Below, piece by piece: positions 44,388 to 53,495 of a DNA stretch of 54,247 nt. The notes under the pieces are model-generated. The model made no database searches, had not been told where the DNA came from, and saw only the letters and a list, made by a program, of their open reading frames with translations. Source of the DNA: a bacterium. Lineage in GTDB: Bacteria; Electryoneota; RPQS01. The stretch covers positions 1 to 54,247 of the forward strand of contig JAPKYT010000128.1 of assembly GCA_026394155.1 (NCBI GenBank). Reading direction: 5' to 3'. Positions within the stretch are counted from its first letter, which is position 1, and every line of letters starts with the position of its first letter. The position numbers and the translations under genes are program-made.

Positions 44388-45452
44388 CTACACGCCTGCC
44401 GGATAGAGAACAACCTTCAGACCCTGCCCGCCGAGCTTGACGGCGAAGCCTTTCTCGAAATCCTTCAGGGCGAACTTATGAGTCACCACCCGCCGGGCCG
44501 TTTGCAGGAAGGGCCCTTGCAGGAGCGCCAACATTTCAATCCACGTGGAGAAAATCTTGCGTCCGATGATGCCACGAATGGTCACGCCCTTGAAGACCAC
44601 GTCGGACGAGAAATTCACGCCGATTTCTCCTCGCGGCAATCCGAGAAGCGAGATTTCCCCGCCCATGCGCACCGCCGCGAAGGCGTCGCGGTAAGCGGAG
44701 GCGTGGCCGGAAAGTTCGAGCACCGCGTCCACGCCGCGCTTGCGAGGATCGGCCTTGCACAGGGACAGGAACTCCTGCCGTTGCTTTTCGTCGCTGACGT
44801 TGAACACCGCGTCCGCACCTTCATCTTTGGCGGTTTTCAGCAGGGCCTCCTGCACGTCGGTCACGTAAACGCGCCGCGCACCCATCAGCCGGCAGAGCGC
44901 GGTGGCCATGATGCCCATCGGGCCAGCGCCCAGAATCGCCACGTCTTTTCCGACCATGTCCACCGAGCGCACGGTGTGAACCGCGTTGCCGACGGCATCA
45001 AGGAAAGCTCCGACTTCTTCCGGCAGATCAGGCGGCAGCGGAATCACGGCGGCGGCGGGGAGAACCACATGATCGGCGAAAATTCCCGGTCCGGTGATGC
45101 CGCGAATGATCGTGTTCAAACACCACTGTCCGTTGCCGGTGCGGCAGTTGTGGCACACGCCGCAGATGATGTGCATTTCGGCGGAAACATAATCGCCCAC
45201 CGTCAAGCCATGGACGCTCTTCCCGGCTTCTTCCACGATCCCGCAGAACTCGTGACCGGTGATCAGGGGCAGATGCTCCTTCATGCGGGTCATCAATTGT
45301 GGGTCGGAACGGTAGATGTCCACGTCGGTGCCGCAGATACCGGCGGCCTTGACGCGGATCAGAACTTCATCAGGGCGGGTGATCTGTGGCGAGGGCACAT
45401 CGGCGACGTAGGTCAGGCCCTTGTCTGGAGTCTGTTTTTGGATGGCTTGCAT
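44388..45452 (-). CDS. tdh: L-threonine 3-dehydrogenase-like Zn-dependent MDR
   Basis: GICGTD, GHEFCG, SAEMHIICGVCHNC..G...C, GNAVHT, GAGPMG, GIIGRKIFSTW. Confidence 0.85.
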   Translation of the reverse strand: MQAIQKQTPDKGLTYVADVPSPQITRPDEVLIRVKAAGICGTDVDIYRSDPQLMTRMKEHLPLITGHEFCGIVEEAGKSVHGLTVGDYVSAEMHIICGVCHNCRTGNGQWCLNTIIRGITGPGIFADHVVLPAAAVIPLPPDLPEEVGAFLDAVGNAVHTVRSVDMVGKDVAILGAGPMGIMATALCRLMGARRVYVTDVQEALLKTAKDEGADAVFNVSDEKQRQEFLSLCKADPRKRGVDAVLELSGHASAYRDAFAAVRMGGEISLLGLPRGEIGVNFSSDVVFKGVTIRGIIGRKIFSTWIEMLALLQGPFLQTARRVVTHKFALKDFEKGFAVKLGGQGLKVVLYPAGV

Positions 45453-45662
45453 GCTGCTGTTCCGGGTGAGCCAGAGGCCCTGACAGGGCCTGAGAGTAAC
45501 CCGCAAAGTTACCGATTCATAATAAAATAGTCAAGCGGCGACCGGCACAAGACTTGGCCGTGCGGCCTCTGTTTCGCTTTCGCAACATCTTAGCCGAGTT
45601 AAAGATAACGTACCCAGCGCCGATAATAAGGGCAGAAACGGTCCAAACGGGAATCGGATGCC

Positions 45663-46112
45663 ATGGAACTCGAGCGCTTCTTCTGCCAAAACCGCCTGTG
45701 CCCCGACTACAGCAAGGTCGGAGCCGGCAACATCGCACTGTACACACGCTACGGCCGCAAGCAGGTGCGGCTGCTGATTTGCAGCACGTGCGGCAAGACC
45801 TTCAGCGAACTTAAGGGATCACCCTTCTGGGACAGCCGGCTTGACTGGGAAACCATCGAAAAGATCTATCGCACGCTTCTCGAAGGCAACGGCATCCGGG
45901 CCACGGCACGCCTTAACGGGCTTTCCAAGAACACCGTGAAGCGATATCTGCGGCTGGCCAGAAAAGACATGCCCACTGTCGAGCACTTCCTGCAGGAGCG
46001 GGGCGTGATCGGCGGGAACACGACTCCGCTGCGCGATCTGGTGGATTTGCACGTTCGGCGCAGCGTGACGCTGAGCGGGGCTGTTCGTCAGGCCATGCCC
46101 CCGACCACCTGA
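45663..46112 (+). CDS. IS1-family InsA-like Zn-ribbon + HTH protein without a DDE domain
   Basis: FCQNRLCPDY...GNI...CSTCGKTFSE.KG.PF...EGNGIRATARL.GLSKNTV. Confidence 0.7.
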   Translation: MELERFFCQNRLCPDYSKVGAGNIALYTRYGRKQVRLLICSTCGKTFSELKGSPFWDSRLDWETIEKIYRTLLEGNGIRATARLNGLSKNTVKRYLRLARKDMPTVEHFLQERGVIGGNTTPLRDLVDLHVRRSVTLSGAVRQAMPPTT

Positions 46113-46243
46113 TAACACCGGCAAGAGCAGCATCGTAGTGCCCGTTCGGCGCAGCTTGCCCGAACGGGCTTTTGCTTCTTGGGCGCGGCCGCTCCCGGCT
46201 TGCTCTTGCTTCAGTCGTTCCAAGTGCCTAAATTGGATTTGAA

Positions 46244-46320
46244 CGGGGCGTGGCGCAGTCCGGTAGCGCATCTGCTTTGGGAGCAGAGGGTCGTGGGTTC
46301 AAATCCCGCCGCCCCGACCA
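46244..46320 (+). tRNA. tRNA-Pro(TGG)
   Basis: Acceptor stem CGGGGCG/CGCCCCG, anticodon arm TCTGC-TT TGG GA-GCAGA, encoded CCA. Confidence 0.97.
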
Positions 46321-46409
46321 TGTAAAACTGAGGCTTAGGTCTCGGTTTTTGCTTTGCATGGGCGCCTGAAAGTTCCACCCGGAATTCGTGCCGTGGTCAG
46401 GCCAAACAG

Positions 46410-46437
46410 CAGCCCCCCGCGTGAAGCGGGGGGCTGA
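46410..46437. terminator. Perfect hairpin between convergent units
   Basis: CAGCCCCCCGC-GTGAA-GCGGGGGGCTG. Confidence 0.55.
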
Positions 46438-46473
46438 ATCAGGAAGTACCGAGTGCGAGTGATGGCCCAAGGA

Positions 46474-48370
46474 TCAGTACGGCTCGCAGTCCACCTCGCA
46501 GTCAACGTGCATCGCCCGGGTGGTAAACGGCACTTGCGTCCACCTCGGGAAGGTTGGACACGGAGGGGCGCCCGGGCAGTAGCACCACGGCTCCGGGCAC
46601 GGGTAGTACTTGCACTTCACCCAGATCTGAAAGAAACACCTCGGGGGGTTGGGGGGTGGGACCTGGGAAGAGCACATGCACCATCGCATCAGGGGCCATC
46701 TCGGATCGGGAACAAGCTCGCAGGGCGCGCAGTTCGGCAGACACGTCGCGGGTCCAACGGGCTGGCACGGGCATCCCAGCCAGCAACTCGGATCGCCTGG
46801 GCACAGCCATCCGCTGCAACCCGGCGCCCACCCCAGGCCCGTTGACCGGCACAGAGAGACCACTTTGAGTTGGCAGCACTTTCCCGGACAGAGCTTGAAC
46901 CACGGAAACCCTCTCCACGCCGCCACGACGCCCATGTTGGGGGTCAAGTCAACCGTAGCGTCATGAAAGAACATCGTGCTGTCTCCGCCCGGATTCAATC
47001 CGCGGCCGTCCACGATGCGCACGACTTGCGTGAGCGGGTCTTTCGCGAAGGCGACGTGCTGGACAATCACGTTACGCCCCGCTATGTTCAAGATTCGGCC
47101 CGTGAAGTTGGTGACCGGTGTCAACAGGCCTTGATTGAAGAGTGCGCGATTGTCCTGATCAATCCATTCCCCCGTGCTCGGGCCCACACCGTAGGCGCGC
47201 AGCCGCGCGATTCCCACCTCGTTGGTGAGGGACGCACCCCATTCGATGGCATCCACTACATAGTAGCCGACCTCGGTGTCCTCGTAGGATGAATCGCCCG
47301 GTTCGGAGAGAGTGAGAACGGAGCCAAGGAAGGGATCTCTGGGCCGCGTGCCGTTTGCCTTGAGCCGGAAATATGCGCGGGGCGTCGAGGGAGTGGTGGA
47401 CACGTTCAGAGAGCACACCCCGGCAGGAACCGTGGTGTACGGTGACCAAGTTTGGAAATCCGTGGATCGCTCGATGATGATCTGCTCTCCCGGCAGGTAA
47501 CTGCCGTTCCAGTGGAGGCACGCGTGGTTGCTGTCCGCCCGGATGGTCACTTGCGGCTCCGGAGGTGCCATCGTCGGCGTGACGGCGGTGTCCACGCGCA
47601 GAATCCACGGCCCCATCGTATTGTTGGCGCCGGCGATCTTGATGACATAGTTGAACGGTCCCAACGGGAAGTCGCTCGTCCACACGGTGGCCTGATTGGT
47701 GGTGTCACCGATGTTGGCAATCACCTTGCCGTCTTCCGAGAGAATTTGCGCGCATGGATGGAGACCCAGTCCGCCCGGGCAGGGGAGCCGTCCGGCATTG
47801 CCCTCGAAGGTCACTGTGATGGGACTTGTCGAGACCAGAGAACATGATCCCGTTGAGCTGCGACATGAACCCCGGGCAGTAGTCGTCATCGCAGGCATAG
47901 GGGCTACCCGGCGTGTAGCTGTTCTGGTAGATGTAGAGCTTGGTGTCGAAATTGGATCCGGTGCAAAGCGAGATGTCCACGATCTCGTGTTGCGTGGTAG
48001 AGTACGAGTAAACGACGTCGCTCGAACCGCCGGGATCGGGCTTGCCACAGGCTTCGTAGTAGTCGTCCGTGTAGCCGGTGGTGGTTCCGAAATCGCTGAA
48101 CGGCAGGGCGAGAATCGGGACGGCGCTGCCAATGTTCTCCCCGCCTTGGTCAAGACTGCCGCGCGCGCGGGATGCGGGCTCGCGGTTCGCAAAAAAGGCG
48201 CTCCAGAGTTCGGCGCGATATTCGCCCCGAGCTTTGAGCGCCGCTATTTGTGCTTCGAGGCTTGTCTTCGCAACGCCTCGATCGCTCTGAGTTGCGGACG
48301 GAAGAACCTCACGGATTCCCAGAGCGGCCAGCACAACCAGAACTGCAAAGAGAGCCATCACTCGTTTCAT
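46474..48370 (-). pseudogene. Secreted protein split by a frameshift near 47840, with a Cys/Pro/Trp-rich C-terminus
   Basis: The N-terminal frame (ATG 48370, SD AGGAGG, signal peptide, DVVYSY...FDTKLY...CDDDYC) turns to implausible sequence after GIMFSG. The +1 frame continues as plausible protein (VSTSPITVTFEG...) to the stop at 46474. Confidence 0.7.
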
Positions 48371-48725
48371 GCGTCCTCCTGAAATGAAACGAAGGCAAAG
48401 ATTACTCACCGACGGTCTATGTTGTTAAACTACTGCGGTCATGTCCAAGAGTCAAGGTGTCTGAGAGGACAGGCACAAAATGTTGTCGGGGGGCGCTTTC
48501 TGTTTAGTAATTGATAATTCAGTGCAGCACTATGCCAAGGCGCCATTCTGGAGTTGCGAGTCCGTTGTGGAGAGGCATACAGGTGCGGCGCATGCGCGGA
48601 ATACGCGTCATCCCGGTGGTGACTCTCCAGAGTCACCCCTCGGCGAGACGGCATGGCGGCAAGAGAAACGAAGAGGTGGCCTCTGCGAGACCACCTCTTC
48701 GCCGCGCGGACGATGAGCGATGCGG

Positions 48726-49754
48726 CTACTTTTTTACAGGCGGGCGCGCGTGATCCAGAGTGGCGCGATGCGGGCCGTGCTCGCCGCTCGTGAGTAGCAA
48801 TGATGGATCGGCACTGGAGTTCGCTACGTCATCAAGCCAAATCGTGTGATCACCTTCAGGGCTGGATCCACGATCATACCACCACTCCTGAACCATTCCC
48901 CAGGTGTTGACGCCTTGATCAGGAATGGCTTGGTTCCATACCTGAATACCGTCGAAGTAAACGATCCACTGTGTTCCGCGATGGAAGAACCGGATTGTGT
49001 GGAACTGATCGGCGGTTAGCAGCGGCATATTGGTTGTTACCTCCTGAGGCCCAGAAGCTGTCCAATAACGAAGCCACGTACCGGTTTGGGTGAACTTCAT
49101 GCCAACGAAGTTCTGAGCGACGCTGATATCTCTCGAGACGAAGAAAGCCAATGTATCTGTTCCCGCCCACGCATGGATCTTCACTTTCGTCTCGAACCAA
49201 CCTTGATTTGGCATCGTGTCCCATGACGCGATATCTACCCAGTGCTGGCTCGGGTCAACTATAGACACGACGAGTTTGCCTGCGCCAGCCGCCGCATCCC
49301 ATGTCCATTCATGATAGTCAGGCGGGCCATCCACGCTCTGGGCGTAGAATTCATCCGTTTGATCCTCGGCGAACGCGAACACCCCCGGCCATGTCCAAAT
49401 GCTGACCGGAGCACTGAACGGGCTTGCACCAGCAACATTCTTGGAGGCAACGCGATACCAATGAGTCTTGTTGGCGAGAATTCCGGGATCAACGACCGTC
49501 AAGTTGTCGTGAGTTACGTTCGCAATGACCGGCCATGACGCGCTGTCCATCGAGCGCTGAACGATGAAGCTGTCCTCGTCGGCCACATTGGACCATGAAA
49601 CGCTGACCTGCGTCCGGAGCGTTTGCTGCACGGTCAGATTGCTGGGCGTTGCGGGCGGAACGTCGGTCGCATTGGTCTCCTCGTCTGCGCAACCGACGAA
49701 AAACAGTGCGGCCACGGAAATCGCAATGGCGATGAAAGAAAAGCGCTTCTTCAT
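48726..49754 (-). CDS. Lipoprotein with an FN3 domain and a ConA/laminin-G-like C-terminal domain
   Basis: SD GGAGG, lipobox FVGC, PATPSNLT...W...YRVASKNVAGAS, FHTIRF..G....VYFDG. Confidence 0.75.
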   Translation of the reverse strand: MKKRFSFIAIAISVAALFFVGCADEETNATDVPPATPSNLTVQQTLRTQVSVSWSNVADEDSFIVQRSMDSASWPVIANVTHDNLTVVDPGILANKTHWYRVASKNVAGASPFSAPVSIWTWPGVFAFAEDQTDEFYAQSVDGPPDYHEWTWDAAAGAGKLVVSIVDPSQHWVDIASWDTMPNQGWFETKVKIHAWAGTDTLAFFVSRDISVAQNFVGMKFTQTGTWLRYWTASGPQEVTTNMPLLTADQFHTIRFFHRGTQWIVYFDGIQVWNQAIPDQGVNTWGMVQEWWYDRGSSPEGDHTIWLDDVANSSADPSLLLTSGEHGPHRATLDHARPPVKK

Positions 49755-50004
49755 AGGACCTCCTCGAATGTGCTGTATCAGTCAGGGATTCCGGACACGA
49801 GCAGGGGATGGAACGGCTCGGATGGAAATGGTCAGTAATGATGGAACTTGGCAAGGGCTGCAAGGTTCCAGTGATGAAATCTTGGCGCGAGCAGTGTTCA
49901 CGGCGCTTGTGTCCAAATGCTCGGTGCAAGCATCGAAGCAAAGCAAAAACAACACACAGCGTGCCGACAAGGAAGCGAGTATTGTCGCCGGAAAGCGGCC
50001 CGGC

Positions 50005-50033
50005 TTGCATGGAAGATGCGGATTTGGTATATT
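50005..50033 (+). promoter_or_regulatory. Sigma70-type promoter of rpmE
   Basis: TTGCAT-17 nt-TATATT with TGn extended -10. Confidence 0.6.
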
Positions 50034-50066
50034 TGCAGGCGCAAAGGACAAAAGTACCATCGAGCC

Positions 50067-50279
50067 ATGAAAGAAAAATTCCATCCTGCTTATCACTTGA
50101 TTGATGTGGTGTGCGCCTGCGGCAGCACCTTCAAGACGCGCTCCACGACCCAAGGCGACACGCTGAAGGTCGAAATCTGCTCCGCCTGCCACCCGTTCTT
50201 CACCGGGCAACAGAAGTTGGTTGACACGGCCGGCCGCGTGGATAAGTTCCTCAAGAGGTACAAACGGCCCCAGGCCTGA
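50067..50279 (+). CDS. rpmE: 50S ribosomal protein L31 (Zn-binding type A)
   Basis: MKEKFHPAY...CACG...[25 protein letters not shown]. Confidence 0.97.
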   Translation: MKEKFHPAYHLIDVVCACGSTFKTRSTTQGDTLKVEICSACHPFFTGQQKLVDTAGRVDKFLKRYKRPQA

Positions 50280-50348
50280 TCCTCGCCCGGGGATGCGGGA
50301 AAAGTGTGGGCGGTGCCGCCGAAGGTGCCGCCTCTTTTTTGAGATCAC

Positions 50349-51389
50349 ATGACACAAACTGAAGCCAAGACTGGCAACCAGAAGCCGACGGGCGTGGCGG
50401 ACAAGCGGAATCTCTCGACCGAGCTGGCCATGGGCGGACAGGCGGTCATCGAGGGTGTGCTCATGCGCAGCCCCTACCGTGTGGCTATGGCGGTGCGCAC
50501 TCCCGACGGAGAAATCGCCTTGCGTTCATATGGATATGTTCCCATAACACGGCGGATTAAGCTTCTTGGCTTGCCAATCATTCGAGGGGCCGTCGGGCTG
50601 GTGGAATCGCTGAAGATCGGCCTCGAAGCTCTGAACTGGTCCGCCGAGCAGGCCACCGAGACGGCCAAAGAGGATGAGCCGCGTTCAAGATGGAAAGAGA
50701 GGGCCGCCTTCGCCGTTTCGATGCTGTTTGCGCTGGCTTTGGGGTTGGGGCTGTTCCTATATCTACCCTTGTGGCTGGGGAAGCTGGCGGCCGGCGAGAT
50801 GGCGGCAAGTTCTGCGCGGCAGGTGACGATCAATCTGGTGGCTGGAGGCGTCCGCATCACTATGCTGCTGGGTTACCTGTGGCTGATCTCCCTGTGGAAG
50901 GACATCCACCGTGTTTTCCAATATCATGGATCGGAGCATAAGTCTATATTCGCGTTTGAAGTAGGGTCCGATCTAACCCCGGACAGTGCTCTTCGGCAAA
51001 CGCGCTTTCACCCTCGCTGCGGCACGAGCTTCCTGTTTGTGGTTGCATTGACTGCAATTGTCTTCTTCTCCGTGGTGGACAGTGCCGTCGTAGCCTATGT
51101 CGGGGATTATCCAAGCGTTCCGGCCCGCTTCCTCGTTCATCTGCTGCTCCTGCCGTTCCTCGCCGGAATCTCCTACGAGTTCTTAAGGTTCTCGGCAAAA
51201 CATACCGACAATCGGATAGTTAAAGCTCTGATTCAGCCCGGACTTTGGCTTCAGAGGATCACCACCCAAGAGCCGGACTTGAGCATGTGCGAAGTTGCGG
51301 TAACCGCCCTCAGAGCGGCCCTCGAAGTCGGGGACAAAGCTTCAGCGGAGGCCGCCATGCCCGACCGAGAGGCGTTCCCGGCCGGGTAG
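50349..51389 (+). CDS. DUF1385 membrane protein (YqhQ-like)
   Basis: GGQAVIEGVLMR, FQYHGSEHK, HPRCGTSF, PGLWLQRITT.EP. Usual position after rpmE. Confidence 0.92.
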   Translation: MTQTEAKTGNQKPTGVADKRNLSTELAMGGQAVIEGVLMRSPYRVAMAVRTPDGEIALRSYGYVPITRRIKLLGLPIIRGAVGLVESLKIGLEALNWSAEQATETAKEDEPRSRWKERAAFAVSMLFALALGLGLFLYLPLWLGKLAAGEMAASSARQVTINLVAGGVRITMLLGYLWLISLWKDIHRVFQYHGSEHKSIFAFEVGSDLTPDSALRQTRFHPRCGTSFLFVVALTAIVFFSVVDSAVVAYVGDYPSVPARFLVHLLLLPFLAGISYEFLRFSAKHTDNRIVKALIQPGLWLQRITTQEPDLSMCEVAVTALRAALEVGDKASAEAAMPDREAFPAG

Positions 51390-51507
51390 GTCGTCAGGGG
51401 GGGGCCGACTGGCGCGCCGCTTGCACGACTTTGGCTGGGGTCGCTTGCCTTTTCCCGTCGCGGTGATTATCTTATGCGTTGTCAAAGGTTTTTCGAGGGC
51501 TCATCTC

Positions 51508-51960
51508 ATGCGCAAGTTCGTTTTTCTGAGTTTGCTCCTTCTGGCCGCCACCGCGGTTCTGGCCGGTGGAAAGTGCCAAGGCCGATGCGGCGGTTGTACA
51601 CCCCGAGCCGACTGGGCCTACTCCTCTCAGGATGCGCATTACATTCCCGAATGCGCTCCGGCTTCCCTCAAGCGGTTTCATGAAGCCATGATTCCGATGA
51701 TGGAAGCGCGCAAGAGCCACGAATCGGCCTACATCCGCGAGCGGGCCGAGAGGCTCTATCGTGAGGTGCGCGACGTGAAGAACGCCAAAGCCTGCTGCGG
51801 CGACATGAACATGAAGCAGTTCAAGCGGGCGGCCAAAGACCTGACCAAGAGCTGCGACCGCCTGCGCGACATCAGCTTCGGCGGCACCAATGACGCCGTG
51901 TACGATCAGATGAAACAGGTCGAGGAAGACTTCATTCGGCTGGCCAATCTCTGTGATTGA
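51508..51960 (+). CDS. Hypothetical secreted helical Cys-containing protein
   Basis: Signal peptide, CQGRCGGC, LKRFHEAM, 8 Cys. Confidence 0.75.
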   Translation: MRKFVFLSLLLLAATAVLAGGKCQGRCGGCTPRADWAYSSQDAHYIPECAPASLKRFHEAMIPMMEARKSHESAYIRERAERLYREVRDVKNAKACCGDMNMKQFKRAAKDLTKSCDRLRDISFGGTNDAVYDQMKQVEEDFIRLANLCD

Positions 51961-51983
51961 CGCCCACGCTCTCAGGTTGCGGC

Positions 51984-52013
51984 AGGCCCGTCTTGATTCA
52001 GACGGGCCTTTTT
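51984..52013 (+). terminator. Intrinsic terminator
   Basis: AGGCCCGTC/GACGGGCCT followed by TTTT. Confidence 0.8.
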
Positions 52014-52065
52014 CGGTGAATCGGATTTGGCCGGCTGCGCCGCCGGCAACCGTCCCTCAACCCAA

Positions 52066-53145
52066 ATGAACATCGGACTGATCGGCCCTGCCCGCTCGGG
52101 CAAAACCACCACCTTTCACTTGCTGACGGGCACTCCGCTGCGCGCCCACGAAGAGTTCAAGCGGGAAGTGCAGCAAGGTGTTACGCACGTGCCCGATCCG
52201 CGTGTGGACAAGTTGGCGGAGATCATGCGGTCGAAAAAGGCCACCTGCGTGACCGTGGAATATGTGGACACGCCGCCGCTCGAGGCGGGAGGCTCCAAGT
52301 CCGACTGGTTTTCGGCCGCCGTGGAAGGCGGCATCAAGACCACCGACGCGCTGCTGCTCGTGGCTCGCGCATTCGGTCAGGAGGAAATGACCGCGCCGGT
52401 GGATCCGGTGCGCGACATTCTGATGATGCAGGAAGAGCTGGTGTTGGCGGACCTCATCGTTCTCGAGAAGCGGATGGAACGGCTCGACAAGCAGCATCGC
52501 GTCAAGCCGCTCACTTTGGAAGAGAAGAGCGAACAGGAGATTCTGGCGCGGGGTTCGCAGCATCTTTCGGCGGGCCAACCGCTGCGGACGATGGCTTTGG
52601 AGGCGGGCGAAAAGCGGATGCTGCGCGGCTTTCAGTTTCTCTCCGAGAAGCCGCTCTTGGCTCTCATCAATACCTCGGAAGAGATGCTGTCTCACTTCGA
52701 GGGCACGCTTCACGAGCTGAACGACCGATTGCAGCCGCACCGCATTCACGCCATTGCGCTGTCGGCCAAGTTAGAGGGCGAAATCGCCGCGCTCCCTCCC
52801 GAGGAGCGGGCCGCCTTCATGAGCGACATCGGAGTGAGCGAACCGGCCCGCGAGCGAGTTCTGCAGGCAAGTTTCGAACTTCTCGGCCTGCAGAGTTTTC
52901 TCACGACCAACGAAAAGGAATCGCGGGCTTGGCCCATCGAGAAGGGCGGCACGGCGCTGGATGCGGCGGCTATCGTTCACACCGATCTGGCCCGCGGGTT
53001 CATTCGCGCCGAAGTGGTGCCGTACGCGGACTTCGTGCGTGAGGGCGGCTATCCCGGCTGCAAGGCGAAAGGTCTGCTGCGCCTCGAAGGCAAGGAGTAT
53101 GTGGTGAAAGAGGGAGATATTCTGCTCATCCGCCACAGCGGATGA
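52066..53145 (+). CDS. YchF/Obg-like ATPase (divergent)
   Basis: GPARSGKTT, VPDPRVDKL, EL.LADL, KPLL, HTDLARGFIRAEV, LRLEGKEYVVKEGD. Confidence 0.88.
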   Translation: MNIGLIGPARSGKTTTFHLLTGTPLRAHEEFKREVQQGVTHVPDPRVDKLAEIMRSKKATCVTVEYVDTPPLEAGGSKSDWFSAAVEGGIKTTDALLLVARAFGQEEMTAPVDPVRDILMMQEELVLADLIVLEKRMERLDKQHRVKPLTLEEKSEQEILARGSQHLSAGQPLRTMALEAGEKRMLRGFQFLSEKPLLALINTSEEMLSHFEGTLHELNDRLQPHRIHAIALSAKLEGEIAALPPEERAAFMSDIGVSEPARERVLQASFELLGLQSFLTTNEKESRAWPIEKGGTALDAAAIVHTDLARGFIRAEVVPYADFVREGGYPGCKAKGLLRLEGKEYVVKEGDILLIRHSG

Positions 53146-53173
53146 TATCGAAAGCTCGTCCGCGCTTTCTTTT

Positions 53174-53208
53174 GCGCCCGGCTCAAGGTCCGGGCGCTTT
53201 CTTTTTTT
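53174..53208 (+). terminator. Intrinsic terminator
   Basis: GCGCCCGG/CCGGGCGC followed by a long T-tract. Confidence 0.75.
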
Positions 53209-53413
53209 CCCTCGGCGCGCGGCGCGTTGCGCGAAGGAAACGGGTGCCACAGTCGGCACGGCGGCGACGAATCCTCGTATGCAGCCGAAAGGCGTCCCGC
53301 CGCAACAAGTTGCACACCTCTCGCTGAGTCCGGGGAGACGCGCCGGGTCCGCGTCCGCATCGTTTGTCGCAGTTGCTCGTCAATCTTGCAGTTTCAATTG
53401 GCGGACGGCTGCA

Positions 53414-53429
53414 AGGCATGCGATTTGCA
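53414..53429 (+). promoter_or_regulatory. Putative sigma54 (-24/-12) promoter upstream of pilB
   Basis: AGGCATGCGATTTGCA has GG-N10-GC spacing with TTGCA. Confidence 0.5.
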
Positions 53430-53495
53430 GAATGAAACGCCGATGTCTTGCATGCTGCCACCGAAGATGCGAATCGGAAACATCGAATCCGCCCT

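Noticed and set aside
45542-45558. CGGCACAAGACTTGG as a sigma54 promoter for the InsA-like gene
   Set aside because: The -12 element is GG rather than GC, so it is too weak to call.
49807-49847. Three GATGGAA repeats upstream of the FN3 lipoprotein
   Set aside because: Short, irregularly spaced (14 and 19 nt), with no supporting context.
46244-49900. Genomic island integrated at tRNA-Pro
   Set aside because: No duplicated tRNA 3' end or integrase was found, although the downstream genes look accessory.
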